The notes below the pieces were generated by a model, which saw only the letters and a program-made list of their open reading frames with translations, had not been told where the DNA came from and did no database searches. 64,000 bases of DNA from Podarcis tiliguerta (Eukaryota): the NCBI GenBank assembly GCA_965153285.1, contig OZ229113.1, one strand, 5' to 3'. The position numbers and the translations under genes were made by a program. Shown here in pieces: positions 53,473-64,000 of the stretch. Every line of letters begins with the position of its first letter. Position 1 is the first letter of the stretch.

Positions 53473-54301
53473 CTGTAAAGGGTGGAAATAACATTTCTGA
53501 AGCCCACTTGCCATTCTACAACCATTTCCTTGCACCCTCTCCCCTCCCTCTTATTCAGTAGCCCATTCATCTATACAGTTGTCCTCATCTCTATTCCCTC
53601 CATCCATCTATTCGGAGACAGCCCAAGACATGTTGCTTCCTGAGGCATAGCAGCAAATCGCCCAGCCCTCAAGTCAACATACATAGCACCCAAGGCCACA
53701 CCCAAGCCCCTCTCCTCCTCCCTGGCAGTAAAAAATATACTGGTAATAGATTAGATAACTAGCCATTTGCTGCTCTTTCATGGAGCCCAAAATCAGCTTC
53801 CTAATGCATCCCCCTCACTCTGCATACTGGTACATTATCTATTCTAGGTGAACTGGTAGCTTTATCTCACAACTAATCAATATACCATTGGCAGAAATGC
53901 CTATTTCTGAAAAGTTATAAAAGCATAGCCTTGTAAAACAGCATTAATCTGCAGAAAGGAACAGTCGTCCCCTGAGCTTTCACACAAAACATTGTATGCG
54001 GCATGAAAACTGTTTGTTTTTTTTAAAAGAAAAAAGAATAAAAAATAAATCCATGGAAGAATTCTATATTCCCTAATCCAATCACTTTTCTGCAAATGTG
54101 TATAGTACTCTTAAAAAGATGCACGGCTGTAAAATATCTCTGTTAAAAAGAAACATAACCTAGAGAGTAACCAAGAATGTGTTAAAAAGGAGTTCAATGA
54201 TCATATTCCCAAAGCACTCAACTAACAAACCTGCATTCTTCTTTCCCCATCAACCCTAAATAGGAATTTAAAGAATACACAGGAGAGTAAAGTTTAGAGG
54301 A

Positions 54302-54475
54302 CATAGGAGCCAACTCCTGCAGGCCAGGGTCCCTTCGCCCCCCAATCAAATATTTGAGGGGGCCACCAGCCCCAAGTTGATGGACCTTGCCATTCAAATG
54401 TGCCGAGTCTTGTGATCAATTATGTTGGGTGGGGCTTACCTGCCCCCCAATATTTTATTCAAGTTGGCATCCCTG
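54302..54475. mobile_element. hAT-type MITE (relatives at about 23545-23662 and 48742-48908)
   Basis: TIRs CATAGGAGCCAACT / AGTTGGCATCCCTG; TSD TTAGAGGA / GTAGAGGA. Confidence 0.75.
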
Positions 54476-56654
54476 GTAGAGGAGCTGTATCTGGTGCCTT
54501 CACCTCTGACCTTCCTGTGGTGAGCTGTCAGATCTGAAGAAACCTCGATTGTGTGGTGATCTTGTAGAGTATTCTCAGCGTGTTCAGATGACCATGCAAA
54601 GAATCCATTGTTGGGTCTTTGACCTCATTGCACAAAGCTCAAGTAGGGGACAGGGGCAGCAGAAACAGGGACTTTGGGGACATGGAGTAGTGAATGCACT
54701 CCCTGCACACTTTATTCCCTCACCTGTTCTGTGAACACCTAAATAGGACTTCTGCCACCTTAACTTCATGTCACTCGGTCATTATCATGACTTAGTATCA
54801 AGGTGCAACCACTATACAAGGGAGCTTTCATCTGTGTATATGGTGATGGATGATATTTGTTTCTGCTTGATGTTTTCTAAATTGCTTGAGATGCATATGA
54901 ACCAGCCATGGAGAAGTGCCAGTCACATCCTTTTCACAGAGTCTCAGCTGATGTTACACACCCACAGCATGTGAGTGAATGAGGTGTTTCTAACCTTTGG
55001 GAGAATTTCATGACAAAGTTTAGTGGTACCTTTTTTTTGTAAGGGTATGTAGTAGGTTATACATTAAAGCCTCGTTCATCTATTTCCTATTCATTTATGC
55101 ACAATCTAGAGAAACTGTACAGTGGTACCTCTAGTTGTGGACACGATCTGTTCAGGGTGCCTTTTGCACCCTGAAAAGTCTGCAACTATAGCGGTGCTTC
55201 TGCACAAGCATGGAGCGTGATAGAGCACTTCTGCATATATGCAAAGCACGTTTAGTGAAACATGCATGTTACAACAAGCCTCTCATTTCCTCCTTCTGCA
55301 CAGCATAAAGAAATTGGGAAGCGTTCGTTTCTGTTTTTAGTCTACCATGGCTTCCCATGTCATCAAAACTGTGAACCATGGTTAACACAAACGACAGTTG
55401 ATTTCAACCCAGCTTCAGAAACCATGGTTTGATGTTATCTAAAGTTTGTTGGGCCAGGCAACATGTCTGTTGCTAAAGAGAAAGCAGAAGTTTCTGAACT
55501 CCTCTTCCCAACCAGGCAAGAAGTTTAGAGGGAGGAAGCAAGCGAGCCCAGGACTTAACACAGCTTGTGAAAGTTATGCAAACCATAGTGCCCCATACTG
55601 CAAGCAAGGGATTGTTGCATAATTTTTGCTGCCTTTCTGTAGGTCAGGGATTTTCATCACACCTTATCTATCTACGCAAAGGACAGCAAATGATTTAGTA
55701 CAACAAAGAAGTCTTAAGATGTGACTAAAGATTTGGCTGCCGTACAACTATGTCAAAGAGAAGAAAACCCAAAATTTGGCAATTAGCCAACAAAGTTGTA
55801 GACAATGAAGTTCAGAAACAAATGAGGCTGGGATATTTTAAAAACAACAACAGCAACATTTAACTTTTAAAAAATAAATAAAAATAAAGAGAAAACCATG
55901 CACTTTTTTTAAAAGGCAAACGAAAGATTGAACCATTAGTATATAGCTAAACTGATTGTCATTTATTTTTCTTTTTGTTCACTGTTCAGTTATTTTGGGT
56001 GTACCTGAAGTGATTCACTTTCTTCTAATCTTGTTTTTTAAAAAATCCCCCTGGCTTGATCTCTCTCAGTGTTAAGTCCTTCTTAAACCTTAGGGGACTT
56101 CAGCTGTGCAAACCTTGCAGAGGCCATCTATAAGGAAATGCCTGCCACCCACTGGACTATATTTATCCACCCACCCTGTCTGTCTTCTAGCTTTCTGTTT
56201 CTCATACTCTGCAGCTCTATCTATGCCTTCTGTTGGTGGGCAGACACAATTGCCACCCACCAGTGAATTTGTGATTCAGAAAGCCCCTGTTCATTTCCTA
56301 CTCGCGGTCACAATCTGTGCCAATTTCCATGCTTGGGGGGGGGGGGGGAACCCGATCGTTACTATTTTGCTGTTGCAGAGCGGTGATGAAGCTTAATTAC
56401 TATTTGTATGTTTTTTGTGTGAAGTGCTTTCAAAACTTCAAATGGCAAGGGCTGCGGAAGGGCACAAGTCTTGTCCTTATTATTGCTGGCAGGTGCCTTC
56501 TTCAGCACAGTGGGTAATTTAAGCCTTGGCGTTACAGAGAAACTTTATTACTGGCTTTACCTAATCAATGCAGAAGGGAAGCAGAGGCCCCTCCAGGCCT
56601 TATCTAAACAACAACAACAACAACAATTGAATGAAAGAAAAGAAATGTAGAGAT

Positions 56655-57265
56655 CATACTGGATCGCTCACTGTAGATGTCGACCCAGTGTGCAGCAGCT
56701 GTGAAAAATGTGAATTCCATGTTAGGGATCATTAGGAAAGGGGTTACAAATAAAATGGCCAATATCCAAATGCTGTTACAGTGGTACCTCGGGTTACAGA
56801 TGCTTCAGGTTACAGACACTTCAGGTTACAGACTCCGCTAACCCAGAAATAGTACCTTGGGTTAAGAACTTTGCTTCAGGATGAGAACAGAAATCGCATG
56901 GCGGCAGCGGCAGGCCCCATTAGCTAAAGTGGTACCTCTGGTTAAGAACAGTTTCAGGTTAAGAACGGACCTCCAGAACAAATTAAGTTCTTAACCAGAG
57001 GTACCACTGTATACAAATTCATGGTGAGACCACACTGGGAGACTATGTATACTTCTGGTCTGTTGAAAATAATATTGTTGATCTGGAAAAGGTTCAGAAA
57101 AGGATAACCAAAATTATTGGGCTTTGAGTGACTTCCTTATGAGGAAATATGGAGCTTTTTAGTTTGGGGAAAAGGCAAGTAAGAAGGAACATGATCAAAG
57201 TGTTTAAAATTATGCAGAGTTTGGAGAAAATGGATAGGGAGAAGCTTGTCTCCATTTCTCATAAC
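56655..57265 (+). mobile_element. CR1 LINE fragment, interrupted by a MITE
   Basis: CR1-type sequence cagtgtgcagcagctgtgaaaaa...atgttagggatcattaggaaaggg...atggtgagaccacac...ctggaaaaggttcagaaaagg...ccttatgaggaa. Confidence 0.8.
56779..57009. mobile_element. Tc1/mariner MITE nested in a CR1 fragment
   Basis: TIRs CAGTGGTACCTC / GAGGTACCACTG; TA TSD; CR1 sequence resumes on both sides. Confidence 0.9.
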
Positions 57266-57274
57266 AAGGCCAGG

Positions 57275-57795
57275 AATTGGTGCTGATAAACTGAAGATCA
57301 ATCTAGATAAGACTGAGGAACTGTTAGTGGGTGGTTTCCTAGACTGGATGGATGGGAGGGAGGTTGCCTGCTCTTGATGGGGTTACATGCCCTCTGAAGG
57401 AGCACGTACACAGCTTGGAGGTAACCTGGAGGTAACTTGGAGGTAACAGCTTGGATACATTGCTGTCACTTGAGGCTCAGGTGGCCCAGGTGGCATGGAG
57501 TGCCTTCCATCAGCTTTGACTGGGGGCCCAGCTGCACCCCATCTGGACAGGCATAGCCTAACTTCTGGTGTCTATGCTCTGGTAACCTCTAGGGTAGATT
57601 ACTGCAACACATATGTGGGGCTGCCTCTGAAGATGGTTCGGAAACTTCAGCTACAGAATTCAGTGGCCAGGTTGCTCACCGGGGCAAGACGGTTTGAGAA
57701 TATGACACCGATCCTGATCCAACTGCACTGGCTACCAGTTATTTTCCGGGCCCAATTCAAAGTGCTGGTTTTGACCTATAAAGCCTTAAATGGTT
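57275..57795 (+). mobile_element. L2-clade LINE ORF2 fragment (homologous pieces at about 2195-2365, 11310-11640, 21270-21375 and 28660-28900)
   Basis: Encodes ALVTSRVDYCN...GLPLK...LQLQNSVARLLTG...TPILIQLHWLPV..RAQFKVLVLTYKALNG, the canonical L2 post-RT motif. Confidence 0.85.
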
Positions 57796-58294
57796 CATAT
57801 ATCTTTAGGCACCGGACAATAACTTTCCTCTATACCCAGGCCTTTGGCCATCAACTGTCTATGGCCTTTTAGAAGTGGTTGGGATGTTTTTAATGTGTGT
57901 ATTTCCTCCTTCTCGCCCCCTTGGTTTTAATGTATCTATGTGGGGTGTTGTTGTTGTTTGCTTTTTTGTGTTTGGTTGCAAGTTGCTTTGGGTTGCTAGG
58001 GCAAGATAAAGGGATTGATTTTTCCCTTTACCACCTAATCAAATATAATTTGAAACCTGTTTTTCCCGCCACATCTTTTAGCTACTGTAAAAACCTTAGA
58101 AGCATCTATTATGTTGTGCATTTTGAGGTTTGTTTGTTTTTACTACCTAGAAGTCAATCATACATTTGACATATATTCAATCAAACAATTTAGGACCTTG
58201 GAAATTTAATGGAAAAGGCTGAGTGGGAAACATAATGTACCTCATTCCATACAGAAACAGTTGGCACTGGATCATTAGCCTGCATGCAAAATAC

Positions 58295-58360
58295 CCTTCC
58301 TTCCTTCCTTCCTTCCTTCCTTCCTTCCTTCCTTCCCTCCTTTCTCTCTCCCCCCCCCCC
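58295..58360. repeat. (CCTT)n microsatellite
   Basis: Directly visible. Confidence 0.9.
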
Positions 58361-60190
58361 ACACACTCATGATCTTAAATTCATGCTACCAGTTTTTAAA
58401 TCCTTATAAGAAATCAAGCTGATACACAAAACAAGTCACATTGGCTTGTTGTTTTGTTTATGTTTGTGTGTGTGTGACAGCAGAATAAAAAATACTGGCC
58501 GATTTTCACATAATCTCTTAATCCTTTGCTGCCACACAAAATATTAAGCAACACATGAGTCAAAAGTCATATTTTGGGGTGAGGGAGATTGGCAGATTCT
58601 ATCTAGCCCAGCTTTTAGTTCCTGATAGGCTCAAGACCATCTCCCTTACCTCGCGAGCCCTGAATATTGTCTCAGAGAGTGAGAGTTCAGTACCTAACAC
58701 GTTAATGGGACACCTCTTTATCTCACGCTAGGTTTTTACTGCCTCGCGGGCCTTCTCATGCTTGTGTTTATGCAATTACATCAGGTGTACCAAAAACACT
58801 AATAACAAAGACGAGAAAAAGAAAAGGCTAACTCACTCCCCATGCATTAAAATGAAAAAGCTTCTCTAGAAGCAGCTATTGATGGGAATAATGTCCGTAC
58901 TTATTGAAGGGCAGCTGGGGTAGCCGCTGTTATACCCTACAAGGGATTACACAGCCGGGCTGGGAAAACATCTGGCATGCTAGTTTGTCTCTGCAGAGAA
59001 CCAACCGATTTAAAAATTAAGGTAAGTTTTGTTTTTGTTTTTTTTAAAGGAAGGGGGAAAAATCAGTCGTGCTGCAGCAGCAGCAGCACTAAAAATAGCT
59101 CCTTAATTCCACACTAATTCGTTCTAATACCCAGTAAACATTACGGTGTCTATAAAGTTTCTGTTAAATGTATTTATGGGAGCCTAGAACCGAAGTGCAC
59201 CTGATTCTGAACATCATACGCACATACATGAATGATGCACATGACGCAAGCCTTGAAAATGTTCTTCTCCATTAATAAGCACAGCTACTGGGCCAGGACT
59301 TTGTGAGCAAAGATATGCCTGTGGTGCCATCAAGTGGCCATTATACATATTACACTCAGTTTCAGTTGTCCGCATTTTATTTTATTTTGGAATGTACAAT
59401 TAAGGCAGGTCGAATATTCCCATGTGCAAATGGCACCGACTGCTTGGTTATGGTTCATAAATTCAGCTTCCCTACAACCAAATTCAATGGCAAATAAATA
59501 ACCAGGTAGTTTTGTAAAATGAACATTTAAAGCTCATCAGATCATAGGTTTGCATCTTTGTTCTGCAATTCAACAAGCATAGTGGTTTTCTCTGAAAGAA
59601 AAGAATCCTGCTTATTTTCTCCCCACTTACATATCAATAGAAAGTCATGTTTGTATCGATATTCCCATGCCCCCCTCACTTTCCAGTTTCATTTCTGATA
59701 TGCTATGCAAATTAGCATTTTCAGACAGAAATATTAATAAAAATTCATTGCTGGTACTCTTCCTTTCTCTATGTGCAAACCTTTTGGATGCCACAAAAAC
59801 CAGAGCTGTTTCTGTTAGCATTTTGTATAGATTTTCCTCTTTGTGAAAGCCGCTTTTTCCAAATTTAGAAACGGACAATGCTCCCCTCTAGGGGCTGAAA
59901 AGAAAGATGCAATCTTAAATTCATGTTGCCAGTTTCCAAACACTTATTAGAAATCAAATTACTCCGCAAGTGACCATGCTGGTCACATTGTTTTACAATC
60001 AGCTTAGTATTTTTACTGTCCATTTGTCCAGCTAAATCAGATGTGTGTCTCAATTCTAAATATATTCACTTATTTCCCAGTAATTAAACTAATACTTAGT
60101 AAAATAAATTTTAAAAATGCAATCTATCTCTTGGTTCATAAATGCTGAAGTAATCGAATAATGGGCATCTTAAGCCCATTAAGAACATAT

Positions 60191-60467
60191 ATTTTTTTAA
60201 AAAATAATAATAATATTTATTAAAGGTTTAATAGTTACAGAAAAAAGAAAAAAGAAACAGTAAAAAAAATTAACAGACAATACATCAAAAGTAAAAAGAA
60301 AAACAAAAAACAATACAGCAAAACAACAAAAAAGAAAAGAAAAACAAAAACATTTAAAAACACATCTAATATTTCCATATCTTTACTTTTCATTTACTTA
60401 TTTCATCGACCTCCTCACACCTCCCTTTTTTGTATTCTAGTTCAATTAGCTATTTCAGCAAATCCTT
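60191..60467 (-). mobile_element. Severely 5'-truncated L1-type retroposon (3' UTR and polyA signal)
   Basis: Perfect 16-bp TSD CCCATTAAGAACATAT at 60175-60190 and 60468-60483; T-rich body followed by AATAAA and an A/T tail on the minus strand. Confidence 0.8.
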
Positions 60468-61796
60468 CCCATTAAGAACATATCTTAAGCAGTTGCTTGG
60501 GTGGATGAACCAGGCATCATCGCTCAAAGACAGGCAGGAAGAAAACCTCCAATGTACTAAAAGATGCTTGGGTTAATAACATCTGGAGCATTGCTCTATC
60601 AGAACGCCCCACATACCATCAGCAAATAATCAAAGGCATGTAAAAAAATACATTTAACACAATTTGGTCTCCTTTTTTTCTCTTTTATTGAAGAACAGGA
60701 TATTTTAATACCATAATCATCACAGAGGTATCTGTGGAGGGGATATATTGATTGTAAATGTCTAGTAAACCAGATCGGTAGTTGGGTTCCTACTGAGAGT
60801 ATTTGATGAACCAACATGACAAGGATGAGGGATTGAGGATAGGAGTGATCATTCTGTGGTATTATGGCAGTGGGCAAAGCTGAAGTGTAACTTTTTAATA
60901 AGTGTATTTTTAATAATAATAATAATAATAATAATAATAGGCAGAACTGTCCTAACCTCTCACCCAACATTTTCCCATGGAGCCAGCTATCATGGGCAAC
61001 TGTGTGTCTCTAAAGGCAGTGCAGCCCAGTCTGATGCTGAACTCGGGACGGGAAGGATTAGGAAACTTGATATCGATTCGGAGTTGGCACATGTCTTTTC
61101 CTGCCCTTTTGTCTGCTCAACACAGCAGGTCATCCCAAAGCAACCAAGATGTGTGCCTTTAGCTCTTGTGTGCATGTGTTTTGTTGTGTTTTAAAAAGTG
61201 GGGGCACCAGATTGGCACACAAACAGGGAGGTGTCCTGTCCTGTCTCAGCTCAATGGAAGCCTGCTGTACAGTCTTTGGGTACAGCCATGTTACATAAAG
61301 CAGAGTGGGGTCACAACAGGCGAGGCTGTTGTTGTCAGCACCTTGGACAGCACCCTGCTAGCTAGAGGATTCCCCCAGAGAGAAAATTCCTTGTCTCAGC
61401 AAGGCACAGAAGCCTTCTGAGGTGACCAGAAGGCTGGCCAGCCTGGTCCTGCTGCCAGCCTCCCAGCCCAGCCTGGGCCTTATTATGCAGCCACTAGCAA
61501 CTATGCTGTGGTGTTTGTATAGAAACATATGAAGCTGCCTTGTATCCAATCAGGCAGACCATTGGCCCATGTTCCTCAGTGCTGTCTTCACTGTCTGGTA
61601 GTGGATCGTTTTAAGACTAGGGACATTCCCAGTGCTACCTGAAGGTGCCAGGACTGAACCTGGAAGCTTCTGCATGGAAAGCAGATGTTTTATCACTGAG
61701 CTACAGCCTTTATTTTATTAGTTATTATTATTATTCATTCGATTTATATACAGTCCTTCATTGAAAGATCTCAGGGCAGTTCACAGGATAAAAATA

Positions 61797-62030
61797 AGGT
61801 AAAGGTAAAGGTACCCCTGCCCGTACGGGTCAGTCTTGACAGACTCTAGGGTTGTGCGCCCATCTCACTCAAAGAGGCCGGGGGCCAGCGCTGTCCGAAG
61901 ACACTTCCGGGTCACGTGGCCAGCGTGACATCGCTGCTCTGGCGAGCCAGAGCCGCACACGGAAACGCCGTTTACCTTCCCGCTAGTAAGCGGTCCCTAT
62001 TTATCTACTTGCCCCCGGGGGTGCTTTCGA
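61797..62030 (-). mobile_element. Sauria SINE, 5'-truncated
   Basis: Nearly identical to the 3' part of the copy at 31977; TSD AGGATAAAAATA at 61785-61796 and 62031-62042. Confidence 0.92.
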
Positions 62031-62771
62031 AGGATAAAAATACAAAAGCACAAATAAACCAGGAGCAACAAAACAATAACATCCCCCCCACAAGATACAT
62101 CTAAAAGGCTGCATAATATTAATCAGCTCAAGGCCTGGTTAAAGAGGAACATATTGGGAGGAATGTAGTACCTTGGTTCTCGAACCTAATCTGTTCCAGA
62201 GTCTGTTCGACTCCTGAAAGTGTTCAAAAACCAAGGCACAGCTTCCGATTGGCTGCAGGAGCTACCTGCACTCAAGCAAAAGCCACGTTGGATGTTTGAC
62301 TTCTGAAAAACGTTCAAAAACCAGAATGCTTACTTCTGGGTTTACAGCATTTGGGAGCCGATTTGTTCGTCAACTAAAGCATTCAAGAATGAAGGTACCA
62401 CTTCTGAGGTGCCACTCTTCTGAGTCCAAGGACTACAGCAGGCAATGTCTTCTGACCTGGAAGATCCCACAGAAGTGGATAGTGACTCATTGAGCAGCAC
62501 TTCCACCTCACCTGAATCATCCTCTGAGCTTGGGGATGGTTGAAGCCAGCCCAGGAGATCCACCACACACATTTAAAGCACATGACTTCAAAGGATCCTA
62601 GGAAGTATAGTTTCCTCCTATAATTCCCAGTACACTTAGCAAACCACAGTTCCCAGGATTCTTTTGGGGAAACCATTGCTCTAAATGTGCACTGGATGTG
62701 CTTAAAATGTATTCTGTAGCGATACCCTTTAAGCCTTTACCTCCACCATGGTCCTAATCCAGATACCCATA

Positions 62772-63014
62772 CAGTGGTACCTTGGTTGTCGAACTTAATC
62801 CATTCCGTTCGACTTCCGGAACCATTAGAAAACGAAGGTGTGGCTTCCGATTGGCTGCAGGAGCTTCCTGCCCTCAAGCGGAAGCTGTGGAAACTGCATC
62901 GGATGCCTGGCTTCTGAAAAATGTTCGCAGACCAGAACACTTACTTCCAGGTTTGCAGCATTCGGAAGCCGATTTGTTAGGGAGCCAAGCCATTCGACAA
63001 CCAAGGTACCACTG
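62772..63014. mobile_element. Tc1/mariner MITE, second subfamily (older copy at about 62163-62403, partial relative at about 55120-55260)
   Basis: TIRs CAGTGGTACCTTGGTTGTCGAA / TTCGACAACCAAGGTACCACTG; TA TSD. Confidence 0.88.
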
Positions 63015-63197
63015 TATTGATCTAGCCCCCCCACCCCGCATTCATTTTTTAAGAGATCAGACACACAATTAAGAGATCAGACACACTAATTTAGTGCTCA
63101 CATCCCCAGCGGAGGGGTATGTCCAGCTCAAATTCAATCAAGAAAGGTACCACACAAAACTGACAGTCTATGAAAACTCCAACTTTGTGGATGTGGC

Positions 63198-63209
63198 TTT
63201 CTTTTCTTT

Positions 63210-63277
<68 letters not shown>
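63198..63277. repeat. (TTTC)n(TC)n microsatellite
   Basis: Directly visible. Confidence 0.92.
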
Positions 63278-63280
<3 letters not shown>

Positions 63281-64000
63281 GTGACCATAATGGTTATGCA
63301 GAAAATTACAGCAATTGTGCATTATGGAATGGAAAATTTAAGTGCTGACCTTGTTACAAGTCTGCAATACTTGTATATGCTACTGAAATAGATGTTAGAA
63401 GAGGAGTGCTGAATTTAATTGAATGAACTCAGTTCAGTTCACTTACATCAAATCTAAATTTTCAGTTTCCTTACTGACTGGCGTCCAACATTATCTAGGC
63501 TTTAAAATTTATTGAATGATTTTAATACCCCCACTCATATATTTCTATATGCATTTTAATTTTTATGTACATTTTTAAATGAAAAGTATACGTACTTGCA
63601 TCCACAGAAGCTGGAATTTCAATTCTGAATCTCATAAAAATAACCTCCAGGGCTGCTAAACCATGTAGTTAGTCAAGCCCAAAACAGGTTTTGGGGGGGG
63701 GTCACACTAAGCTTTATTATTGAACAAAGTCAGCCTGAATTTAAAAACAATGGAACAATTCTCAAGCATAACAAGGGCTTCCTCAATTTGCACCATGGTT
63801 ACTAAATGTGAGGGAAAGCAGCTTGCTAATATACACAGAGAGAGAGACATCACACTTTGAAACCTGACATTTTACAGCTAGCAGCGATTTCTCTAAGGAC
63901 AAACCGGTGCATGTTATCATTACTTTTTCTGCCAGTGGAAAATATCACAGGAACACTCATGATGAAAGAAGTGATGTTCTAAATGCAGCCCAGCTCTGCA

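Overview
Vertebrate genomic DNA from a squamate reptile. Sauria SINEs, a BovB/RTE LINE and squamate-type MITEs point to a lizard, probably a lacertid (inference). The window holds the last five coding exons of the GABA-A receptor alpha-5 subunit gene (GABRA5) on the minus strand: 51640-51722, 29232-29375, 22644-22796, 20471-20682 and 18992-19288. Their sizes are 83/144/153/212/297 bp and all splice phases are consistent. The 5' exons lie beyond base 64000. Most of the rest is intron or intergenic DNA dense in transposable elements, many with readable target-site duplications (TSDs). The most interesting feature is a CpG island at about 25450-27120 inside the GABRA5 intron between the 144-bp and 153-bp exons. 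On the plus strand it carries an exon missed by the ORF track that encodes a textbook signal peptide and ends in a strong splice donor, followed by an in-frame second exon. I infer these are distal alternative first exons of the head-to-head neighbour GABRB3, nested antisense within GABRA5; this needs checking. The same island may also start a sense transcript encoding a transmembrane-only alpha-5. Other oddities are a GC-AG intron, a splice donor overlapping a tRNA-Ile-derived SINE, and a duplicated branch-point region. No prokaryotic features, CRISPR arrays or rRNA/tRNA genes are supported.
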